From an uncultured Gemmatimonadales bacterium (GTDB lineage: Bacteria > Gemmatimonadota > Gemmatimonadetes > Gemmatimonadales > GWC2-71-9), in the NCBI GenBank assembly GCA_963828735.1, contig CAWHFW010000005.1, forward strand, positions 1,088,001-1,152,000: 64,000 nt of DNA, written 5' to 3'. This document shows, in pieces, positions 8,733 through 17,423 of this stretch (its first letter is position 1; every line of letters begins with the position of its first letter). The position numbers and the translations under genes were made by a program. The notes beneath the pieces are model-generated. The model had not been told where the DNA came from. It ran no database searches and saw only the letters and a program-made list of their open reading frames with translations.

Positions 8733-11532
8733 GAGGGGCTCCTGGGACGAGAGAGAGGCCGGCGCCGAGCGAGTCGAGCGCCGGGAGATAGAAGAGATCG
8801 GCCACGGACCACGACCGGACGAACGACTGCCGCCACCGCTCAGCGCCCGCGGAGTCGCCTCGCGCGAGCAGCAGCCGGGCGAGCAGGAAGCGCTGGGGGC
8901 CGAACGCGGTCAACGGATGGTTGGCCGTGTGCGGCTCCTGAATGCGGGCCACCGAGCGACGCAGCGCCTCGATGGTGGCGGTCGTGTCGCCCGCGAGCAG
9001 CGCCAGGCGCGCCCGGAGCGACCAGCGGAGCGCATCGGCGGCCGGCTCGGAGGGCGCGGCCGGGGCGGCCCGGTCGATGCGCCCGAGCAGCTCCCGCGTC
9101 TCGGCGGAGTCGCCCTGGACCACCGCGCGATAGACCAGCGCCTCGAACGCCTGACGCAGCTCCTCCCACGGCGGTAGCGAGAAGTCGGGCGTGCGCCCCG
9201 CTCGCATCTGGGCGCGGGCCCAATCGAACATCGCCTCGGCGCGGTCGCGCGCCGGATAGCCGGCGAGCACCGCCTGCACCAGCCAGGGATCGATGGGCGC
9301 CGAGTGCGCCGCCGAATCCCAGGCCGCATACCCTTCGGCCCAGTGCCCGAGCGCGGCGCCGATCGCGAGGCGATACTGGGCGCCGCGCAGCCGCTCCTCG
9401 GGCAGGCGGTCCGACCCCTGGAGGAAGCTCGCCGCCGTATCGGCGAGTCCGAGGGCGAACCCGCCGTGGGCCCACGCGATGACCGCCTCGCTGATCGCCT
9501 GGCGATCGGCCGAGCGCAGGCGCGTGAGCGCGGCCGCCCGCTCCGGCGGCGGGCCGAAGCGCAGCTGCACCTCGGCGACCTTGCTCGGCAGGTAGGGATG
9601 ATCGGGCAGGATGCGGCGAAGGAAAGTGCGCGCGGCCGCGCTGTCGCCCGCGTAGACCGCGAGGTCCACCAGATGGTAGTAGACCGGCGCGAACGTGCTG
9701 TCGAGCGCGATCATCCGCTCGAACGCGGGCCGCGCGTCCTGCGGCGAGGCGCCGGCGAACCCGCCATAGTGGACCAGGGACTCGCCGAGGCCCAGCCAGC
9801 CGTCCACGTCGTCGCGATCGTCGAGCACCGCGCTCTGGTAGGTGGCGATGGCGCTGTCACCGTAGCCCAGGACCAGATAGCGCTGGGCCCGAAGGAGCTG
9901 CGACCAGCGCGGCGCCATCCCGTTCGCGCGGCGGAGGCCGGCCTCCACCGCGTCGAGCGCGGCCGGATAGTCGTGGCGCCAGCCGTGAACTACGCTGAGG
10001 CGCTGGTAGGCGAGCCCGCAATTCGAGTCGGCCTCGATCGCGGTGCGGAGCTCGGCCGCCGCGGCATCGAGATCGCTGGACCAGAACTTCGCCTGTGCCT
10101 GGAGCATGTGCCCCACCGCGGGCAGGACATTGGTCGCGGCGAGCACCGCCGCCGCGGATCCAAGCTCGCGGCGCTCCTGGTGCGCGATGGTGCCGACGGC
10201 GGCGGCGGCGAGCCGCCCGACGGGTCCATCGAGAGCTCTGCCGTCGGCGGTGTCGGCCGAATGGCTCAGGCGCTGGCCGCTGTCCGCCGCGAACAGGTCG
10301 ATCGTGATGCGGGGCCCAGGCTGTCCCGGCATGACGCTGCCGACGAGGAGATAGCGGCTGCCGGCGCGGCGCGTCCGCGCGAGCAGCTCGGCCAGCGGCA
10401 GATCGCGCCACCCCCGGCCGGCGGGCACGATGTCGCCCGGCTCGGTGGCGTGAAAGCCGGGCATCCAGTCGATCAGCTCGGCGAAGAGCTCGTGCGCGCG
10501 GAGCGCGCCCGCGGCGACCGCGAGGGTGTCGCCCTCGAAAGGCAGGACCGCGATCTCGACCGGCGCTCCGACGGGAGCGGTCGCGGTCGGATGGCGGCGC
10601 GCCAGGAACAGCCCCGCGAGCACCGCGGCGACGAGCGCGATCAGCACCGGCGCGGTCCAACGCTTTCGCGCCGGCGGCGCCGGGGCCGGCGCCGGCGTCC
10701 AGCCACTCGGCGCGCGCAGCGACTCGGCGAATTCCGCCGCCGTTGCCTGGCGCTGTCCCGGACGCTTGGCCAGCGCCTTCTCGATCGCCTCCGCCGCGGG
10801 CGCCGGCACCTCGGCGCGGAGCGAGCGAATCGGACGGAGCGGCGACGTCGCGTGCCGCGCCACGACCTCCTGCCGCGACGCGCCCAGAAACGGCGGCGCG
10901 CCGGTCAGCATCTCGTACGCGACGCATCCCAGCGCGTAGATGTCGGTGCGGCCGTCGAGCTCCGCGCCGGCGGCCTGCTCGGGGCTCATGTAGACCGGCG
11001 TCCCCACGACGAGACCGGTGCTCGTCACGCGGTCGTCGGCGGCGGCGCTGATGGCGCGTGCCACGCCGAAGTCGGCCACGACGGCGTGACCGGCCTGGAT
11101 CAGCACGTTCGCCGGCTTGATGTCGCGGTGGATGACGTTGAGCTTGTGCGCGTAGGCGAGCGCGTCCGCGATCTCGCGCGTGATCACGAGCGCTTCGTCC
11201 ACCGGCAGGCGGGGCTCGCGCCGGAGCCGGTCGCGCAGGGATTCGCCCTCGACGTAGGGCATGACGTAGTAGAGGAGGCCGTCGGCCTCGCCGGAATCGT
11301 GCAGGGGAAGGATGTGCGGGTGGGACAGGCGGGAGGCGATCTCGATCTCGCGCACGAAGCGCTCGGGACCGAGCGAGATGGCCACGTCTTGCCGGAGGAT
11401 CTTGACCGCGACGCGGCGAGGCTGCCGGAGGTCCTGCGCCAGATACACCGACGCCATCCCGCCTCGGCCAATCTCGCGCTCGAGCGCATAGCGCCCGCCG
11501 AGGACGGTTCCGGCACCTACGACCAAGACCAT
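8626..11532 (-). CDS. Ser/Thr kinase with TM helix, IAVLPF (TolB-N-like) domain and TPR-like helical C-terminus
   Basis: GRGGMA, VAVK, HRDIKPAN, DFG, SPE; TM WTAPVLIALVAAVLAGLFLA; Ala-rich helical repeats. Confidence 0.9.
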   Translation of the reverse strand: MVLVVGAGTVLGGRYALEREIGRGGMASVYLAQDLRQPRRVAVKILRQDVAISLGPERFVREIEIASRLSHPHILPLHDSGEADGLLYYVMPYVEGESLRDRLRREPRLPVDEALVITREIADALAYAHKLNVIHRDIKPANVLIQAGHAVVADFGVARAISAAADDRVTSTGLVVGTPVYMSPEQAAGAELDGRTDIYALGCVAYEMLTGAPPFLGASRQEVVARHATSPLRPIRSLRAEVPAPAAEAIEKALAKRPGQRQATAAEFAESLRAPSGWTPAPAPAPPARKRWTAPVLIALVAAVLAGLFLARRHPTATAPVGAPVEIAVLPFEGDTLAVAAGALRAHELFAELIDWMPGFHATEPGDIVPAGRGWRDLPLAELLARTRRAGSRYLLVGSVMPGQPGPRITIDLFAADSGQRLSHSADTADGRALDGPVGRLAAAAVGTIAHQERRELGSAAAVLAATNVLPAVGHMLQAQAKFWSSDLDAAAAELRTAIEADSNCGLAYQRLSVVHGWRHDYPAALDAVEAGLRRANGMAPRWSQLLRAQRYLVLGYGDSAIATYQSAVLDDRDDVDGWLGLGESLVHYGGFAGASPQDARPAFERMIALDSTFAPVYYHLVDLAVYAGDSAAARTFLRRILPDHPYLPSKVAEVQLRFGPPPERAAALTRLRSADRQAISEAVIAWAHGGFALGLADTAASFLQGSDRLPEERLRGAQYRLAIGAALGHWAEGYAAWDSAAHSAPIDPWLVQAVLAGYPARDRAEAMFDWARAQMRAGRTPDFSLPPWEELRQAFEALVYRAVVQGDSAETRELLGRIDRAAPAAPSEPAADALRWSLRARLALLAGDTTATIEALRRSVARIQEPHTANHPLTAFGPQRFLLARLLLARGDSAGAERWRQSFVRSWSVADLFYLPALDSLGAGLSLVPGAPHESRPDRHRASTRQDRHWHRWPHAGTHPEAGLRWD

Positions 11533-11678
11533 GATCTCCCAGGGAGCGGCAGACCGCTAACAATACGCCAGCGGCGGGGGAATCAGCTAGGGAGTGTCCC
11601 AGGGCTCCGGGAATCTGTCGCTTCCAGGGACAGGCGCTAGGTTGGAAACGGCCTCACACCCTCGCCCGAGTACTCGCG

Positions 11679-12512
11679 ATGCCGGACAGCCTGCAATCGG
11701 TTCGAGATGCGCTCGCAGGACGCTACGCGGTCGTGCAGCCGCTTGGCCACGGGAGCATGGCCTTCGTGTTCCTGGCGGAACCGGTGGGCGGAGGATCACC
11801 GGTGGCCGTCAAGGTGCTCCGCCGCGAGCTGGCCGTCGGGTTGGGGCCGGAGCGGTTCCAGCGCGAAATCGGCATCCTGAGCCGGCTGGCGCACGCGCAC
11901 ATCGTGCCGCTGCTCGACTCGGACGCGATCGGCAGCTTCTTCTACCTGGTGATGCCCTACGTCAACGGCGAGAACCTCCGCGCGCGGCTGCAGCGCGACG
12001 GCCCGCTGCCGGTCAGCTCGGTGCGAACGATCGCGCGGGATGTAGCCGAGGCCATCGACTACGCCCACAGTCAGAACGTGCTGCACCGTGACATCAAGCC
12101 GGAGAACATCCTGCTGGAGGGAGACCGCGCGCTGGTCTGCGACTTCGGGCTGGCCCGCGCGATCGACCGGGCGGCGCTGGAACCCTCGTCGAGCGGGCTG
12201 GTGCTGGGTACGCCCGCCTACATGAGCCCCGAGCAGGCGATGGCGAGGTTGGACATCGGCCGGCCGTCCGACATATACGCCCTCGGCTGTGTGGTGTACG
12301 AGATGCTGACGGGGGAACTGCCGTTCACCGGGCCGACGGCCCAGGCCGTCATCGCGCAGCACCTCGCGGTGCCCCCGCGGTCGATGCGGGCGATTCGGCC
12401 CGAACTGTCCGAGAACCTGGAGCGGGCGGTGTTGAGCGCGCTCGCAAAGCAGCCGGGGGAGCGGCCGGGAAGTGCCTGTGGTTTGGTGAGGTCGCTGTCG
12501 GATGTGAAGTGA
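11679..12512 (+). CDS. Stand-alone Ser/Thr kinase domain
   Basis: GHGSMA, VAVK, HRDIKPEN, DFG, SPE; ends right after the kinase domain. Confidence 0.9.
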   Translation: MPDSLQSVRDALAGRYAVVQPLGHGSMAFVFLAEPVGGGSPVAVKVLRRELAVGLGPERFQREIGILSRLAHAHIVPLLDSDAIGSFFYLVMPYVNGENLRARLQRDGPLPVSSVRTIARDVAEAIDYAHSQNVLHRDIKPENILLEGDRALVCDFGLARAIDRAALEPSSSGLVLGTPAYMSPEQAMARLDIGRPSDIYALGCVVYEMLTGELPFTGPTAQAVIAQHLAVPPRSMRAIRPELSENLERAVLSALAKQPGERPGSACGLVRSLSDVK

Positions 12513-13056
12513 GCCTTCGCGCCGCACGCGTCAGGGCGCCGAGCGTGTCGCGGGCGAAGATGACGACCTCCAGGACGTCGGGCCGGAGGGTATCGGCGGT
12601 GGGCGGGAAGGCACCGGCCGCGGCCGAGTCGAGCGCCTTCATGGCGGCTGCTCCGCCGATCTTCTTGAGCGCAATCGCGGCGCGCTTGCGCGTCACGTCG
12701 ACGAAGTTCTGGCGGAATCGCTCGAGGTAGTCGGTCTGGTCTTCCAGCACCACCGCCGCGCCCGCGTAGTCGGCCAGCTGGCTGTATGCGGCCTGCAGCT
12801 GGCTCTTGACATGGCTCTCCTGCCCGGGGGCGGGCCCGTTCATTAGAGCCGAGATGAAGTGGTCCCGCGTCGACGCCGGCCTGCGCGCGGCGATGGCGAC
12901 CACCGAGTCGAGCTCGCCATCCATGCAGTCCTCGCACACCAGCCAGTCGTCGAGGGTCTCGCGCTCGCGCACGGTCAGGCTGCAGCTGTCGATGATCATC
13001 ACGATGATCGCGACCACCAGCAAGACGGCAAGCGCCTTGAGATCCTTGGCGGTCAT
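12349..13056 (-). CDS. Membrane-anchored CxxC / HEAT-like repeat protein (true stop possibly near 12531)
   Basis: ATG overlaps protease stop (ATGA); hydrophobic N-terminus; WLVCEDC; RKRAAIALKKIGG HEAT-like unit. Confidence 0.65.
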   Translation of the reverse strand: MTAKDLKALAVLLVVAIIVMIIDSCSLTVRERETLDDWLVCEDCMDGELDSVVAIAARRPASTRDHFISALMNGPAPGQESHVKSQLQAAYSQLADYAGAAVVLEDQTDYLERFRQNFVDVTRKRAAIALKKIGGAAAMKALDSAAAGAFPPTADTLRPDVLEVVIFARDTLGALTRAARRLTSHPTATSPNHRHFPAAPPAALRARSTPPAPGSRTVRAESPASTAGAPRGAAR

Positions 13057-14057
13057 GGGGCCGTCGCCTTCCGCTGCAGCTGCGGACAGGGGATGATATC
13101 CGCCACCTTGTCCTGGCACCACACCGTCATCCGGTTCGGAAAGAGGCGGTGGAGAAGCGAGCTCTCGTCCAAGTTCATGCGATATGCCTGTCCGAGAGTG
13201 AAGTGGTCCCGGTTCTCGTCCTCGTCTTCATCCAGACCCGACTGCATGATGTTCCGCTTCGTGAACCGAGGCGTCTTTGTATGCCCCATGACACCCCGGA
13301 GGCCGAAGGCGTGGCCCAACTCGTGGGCCAAGGTGACCTCGGTATGGTCCTGCAGCGAGATGTAGATCACGTTGGGTGCACCCCATTCGAAACAGGTGTA
13401 CCCGCGGACGTCGAACAGACTCCCGGTGTCGATGCGGGGGACGTAGTAGATGTTGATGGCCTCCGGGTCGTACATGGGGGGCTTCGACTTGAGCAGCATG
13501 TACGTGTTCTCGCACCCGATGCCGATGCTGTCGGCGCGCGGATGCGTCCTGGGAATCATCGTGACGACGCCGTTGGTGCCGAACGTGACCCCGATTCTGC
13601 TGAAGGTGAACAGCGCGGATGCCTGAAGGGTGTCGGTCGTGATGAGTCCCAGGTCGCTGCTGTTGTTCGACACCAGCCAGATGTTCAGCTTCGGCGCCAG
13701 CAGGTCCTGCATGGTGGGCGTGACGAGGTCCACGCTGTTGGTCCAGGGATCCCGCTGGGCATATGCCGCGTATGCGAGCGAGAAGACTACCAGCTCCGAT
13801 TTGCAGCGCGCCGATGGCGAGCCCCAGTCGCCGAATGCGGGAAACCCGACCGTGCCCCAGCCACGGTATTCCTCATCCGCGTCGCAGTTGCCGGCACGGC
13901 GGCCGCTGACGAGCACGATGGCCTCGGGGTCGGAATTCGGCGCTGTCAGGTCCACCCTGTCCTCAGCGACCACGCCCGCCGGGGTGCCGCGCCCCTCAAC
14001 GACGAGGAGCGCTCCCCCGAGGAGCGCGAGCCCCGCCGCGAGGAGGACCGGTCTCAT
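13053..14057 (-). CDS. Secreted zinc metalloprotease, metzincin (M43/pappalysin-like)
   Basis: Signal peptide MRPVLLAAGLALL; INIYYV; HELGHAFGL..H; Met-turn-like NIM; six Cys. Confidence 0.8.
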   Translation of the reverse strand: MRPVLLAAGLALLGGALLVVEGRGTPAGVVAEDRVDLTAPNSDPEAIVLVSGRRAGNCDADEEYRGWGTVGFPAFGDWGSPSARCKSELVVFSLAYAAYAQRDPWTNSVDLVTPTMQDLLAPKLNIWLVSNNSSDLGLITTDTLQASALFTFSRIGVTFGTNGVVTMIPRTHPRADSIGIGCENTYMLLKSKPPMYDPEAINIYYVPRIDTGSLFDVRGYTCFEWGAPNVIYISLQDHTEVTLAHELGHAFGLRGVMGHTKTPRFTKRNIMQSGLDEDEDENRDHFTLGQAYRMNLDESSLLHRLFPNRMTVWCQDKVADIIPCPQLQRKATAP

Positions 14058-14284
14058 GGCGGCCACGGCTTCGGCTTGGGGGCCGTGCCTTCGTTGGGGC
14101 CGCCTCCCGCGGGGTAGTTCTGTCTGACCTTGTTGAAGTTGATGCCCTTCAGGCGGGTGAGAAGCCTCCTGTACTCCTTGAGCAGCGTATCGAGCTGCTT
14201 CTCTCTCGTGTTGATCTTGCTCATGTTCGACGACACCTGGCTGAAGCTGGTCACCTTGGTTAGGAATTTCTTCTTCTTGGCCAT
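14054..14284 (-). CDS. Small basic 76-aa orphan protein with Gly/Pro tail (..GGGPNEGTAPKPKPWPP)
   Basis: Strong AAGGAGGAG RBS; stop overlaps protease ATG (ATGA); GC3-biased codons. Confidence 0.75.
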   Translation of the reverse strand: MAKKKKFLTKVTSFSQVSSNMSKINTREKQLDTLLKEYRRLLTRLKGINFNKVRQNYPAGGGPNEGTAPKPKPWPP

Positions 14285-14309
14285 GCGCTCCTCCTTAGGG
14301 TTGGTACGC

Positions 14310-17203
14310 TCACGGCACGGCGCCGGCCAGCTCCTGTCTGCCCAGCGCCAGAAGTCGATCATGGAAGTGGCTTGCGGCACCTGGCATTCCGAGAGCCCGT
14401 GCGGCCTGCATGCGCAGGCGCAGGCTCGCCGGGAGATAGAGCAGATAGGTCACCGGCTGCGGATGATCCAGCGCCGAGGCTACCTCCATTGCCTCCCGCG
14501 CCCGTCCTTGCTTCCACAAGACCTCGGCCTGCAGCATGCGCTCCGCTCCCAACGCCTCCCACTCTCCCCATTGGAGATCGCCGCCTGGCGCATGGGGCCT
14601 GAGGGCGCCCAGCCGCGCCATCGCTCGTGCGGTATCGCCCCGCAATATCGCGAGCCGCGCCTCCATGAGCCCGAGTTGCAGACTATCCGTGGGCGCCGAC
14701 GTCGCGTTGCGCTCCATGGCGCGCACGATCGCCGCGACGGCGGTCGAGTCGCGCGTGTACGCAGCCCAGACGCCGAGATACCAGAGCCGCCGGAGGCTCA
14801 TGCCTCCGTAGTCGCCCGCAAGGCTCGCCGCCACCTCGCGCGCCCGCTGGTCCAGCGGCGCACCGGCGACGGCGTCGACGACGAACATCCCCATCGCCTG
14901 CGGATTGCCGCTGGCGGCCGCCGAGTCGAGTATCCGGGCCGCCCGGTCGGCCTCGCCGCGAGCCACGAGCAGGCTCTGGAGGCCGAGCACGGCTCCCCAC
15001 CGCTCCACGGTCGAGTCCGGCAGCGCAATGACGGCACGGAATCCGCCTCGGCGCACGCGGGATACGCGCCGAGGCCCGAGAGAATCTTGGCCGCGAGCAA
15101 CGTCTCGAGCGGCGAGCGCCGTGCCAGGGAGTGCCAGTCCGTCCTGGATGCCCCGTCGCGCGCGCAGGTCACCATGAGTGAGAGCTGTGTCCCGCGATCG
15201 GCGTCGGGATGCGCCCGGTGGAACGCCGTCGCGAGGCTTTCCGCCGCGGGTAGGTCCCGCCGCCAGAGGGCCAGTTCGGCCAGGTGATAGAGCGCCGGAG
15301 CGAATTCCGGGTCCTCCCGGAGCGCCCTCACGAAGGAGGCGCTGGCCAGCGAATCGCCCCCGAGCCGCTGCGGCAGCAGGTGGAAGTACACTTCGCCCAG
15401 CGACATCCAGCCGAGGCCCCAGGTCGAGTCCAACGCAAGCGCGCGCCGGAACGACCGCTCCGCGGCGTCCGCCTCGCCAGCCATGAAGCTCTTCATCCCC
15501 TCCGCGAGCGCGACGTACTTGGTCGGCAGGATTCCCGACGAGCGAGCGCTGCGTTCACCAGCTTGGCCGCCTCGTCGCCTTTTTCCTCCCAATGGGCGGC
15601 GGCCGCCCCGCGGACGGCGGCAAGGGCCAGCGCAGAATCGGCGTCCACCGCTCGCTCGAAGTGATCGAGCGCGTCCTTGAACCGCGCTTGGCGATAGTCA
15701 CGCTCGCCCTGGAGCCAGTTGGCGATCGCATCCGGCCGCCCCGCCCCCAGCTCAGCGGGCATGCTCCGGCCGGCTGGATGACCGGACTGGACCAGGGCCG
15801 GGAGCAGGCGGATCGAGGCCCGCAACCCTAGCTGGAGCAGCGAGCGCTCGTCCGCTGCCCCAGTCTCGCTGCTGCGCAGAAGCAGGGAGTCGCCCACCGC
15901 GTCGTGGAGCCGCAGCACGACGGTGGCCGAGTCGCCGTCCACCACCATCGAGCCATCCACGAAGTAGCGCGCCTGCTGGCGCAGGCTGAGCGCCCTGGCC
16001 GTCGCGTCATCCACGGAACGCGGGTCATTGCGCTGGGCCTCAGAAAGCCAGGTCCACCCGTCGATCCACTTGAGCGGCTCACTGCGCTCGAACGCGCTAC
16101 CGATCATGATGGCGACAGCCTCCCTCGGCCACGGGTGGCGGACGCGGTCCCGTGCTGGACGAGGGGAAACACCATCACCTTGTTCCGATCGGGGGCAGCG
16201 TTGGGAGAGTGCCGCACCACCAGATCGCCACCACTCCGGCGGCCGCGAGCGCGCCCACCCATAGACGCGCCCCGTGTCGCCTGCGCCCCCTGGCGGCGGC
16301 CAGTCCCTGGGCGTTTCGCCGAGGTGCCGAGGAAGCGACCTCCTCTTCCTCCATCGCCTCGACGAATTCCGCCGCGGTCGCGAACCGGTCGGCGGGCACC
16401 TTCGACAGCGCCCGCTGTACCGTCGCCTCCAGCTCCGAGGACAACGTGGGGCGCACGACACGGAGCGAAGGCGGTGGATCCATCCTGTGGCGGGCCAGGA
16501 CGATCTGCGCGCTCCGCCCGGTGAACGGCGGCTCGCCGGCCAGCATCTCGTACAGCACACAGCCGAGCGCGTACACGTCGGCCCGCGCGTCCACCCCGTG
16601 ATCCCCGCTGCCCTGCTCGGGGCTCATGTACTCCGGCGTACCGATCGCGAGGCCCGTCGCCGTCAGGTCGTCATCGTCCGCCTCCGAGATCGCCTTCGCG
16701 ATCCCGAAGTCGGCAACGAGCGCGTGGCTTCCACCGGCGGCTTCTCCTTCGCGCGACGGGTTCCCGGTCAGCAGGATGTTGGCGGGCTTGATGTCGCGGT
16801 GGACCACCTGCTGCGCGTGCGCGTAGCTCAGCGCTTCGGCGACTTCACCGGTGATCTGCAGCGCGTCCGCCAGGCGAAGCTGCTTCTCCCTTCGGATTCG
16901 CTCCTTGAGGGTCTCGCCGTCGACGTACGGCATGACGTAGTAGAGGAACCCGTCGGCCGTGCCCGAGTCGTAGAGCGGCAGGATGTGGGGATGCTGGAGG
17001 CGGGCCTCGATGCGAATCTCGCGGAGGAAGCGCTCGGCGCCGATGGCCGCGGCCAGCTCCGGCCGGAGCACCTTGATGGCGACGTCGCGATCGTGCTGCC
17101 GATCGTGGGCCAGGTAGACGTGGGCCATGCCCCCGGAGCCGATCTCGCGATCCAGCTCGTAGCGGGGCGCGAGCGCGACCCGCAACCGTTCCACCTGTTC
17201 CAT
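14310..17203 (-). pseudogene. Ser/Thr kinase-TM-TPR gene broken by about four frameshifts (pseudogene or consensus errors)
   Basis: Kinase domain intact in 16175..17203; C-terminal sequence continues across frames with shifts near 16195, 16120, 15535 and 15040; paralogous to 8626..11532. Confidence 0.8.
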
Positions 17204-17337
17204 TACGGCGGAACCCATGGTGCACCCCTGGCGGCGGGACGCAGGCCCGCCGGTCCGTGGATGGGAGACCAATTCATCCTTGGCTCCCCACCGTGAATTG
17301 TCCGTGAACTGGAACGAAAGGATGAAGCCGCACCCAT
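17203..17337 (-). CDS. Candidate 44-aa leader ORF ending ..GAPWVPP, stop overlapping kinase start
   Basis: ATG at 17337 with GAGG upstream (alternative ATG 17277 with GGAG); TAATG overlap; -10-like TATAGT at 17376-17381. Confidence 0.35.
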   Translation of the reverse strand: MGAASSFRSSSRTIHGGEPRMNWSPIHGPAGLRPAARGAPWVPP

Positions 17338-17423
17338 GAGGGCACCGCCTCTGTCGTCGAGTTGGGATGTGGCCTACTATACAGCGCGGAGGGCAGGGCG
17401 CAAGAAGCCTGGGCTCGACCGGC

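Noticed and set aside
14054..14284. RiPP precursor of a lanthipeptide or similar pathway
   Set aside because: No Cys, and no lyase/cyclase, YcaO or radical SAM enzyme nearby; the kinases are receptor-type
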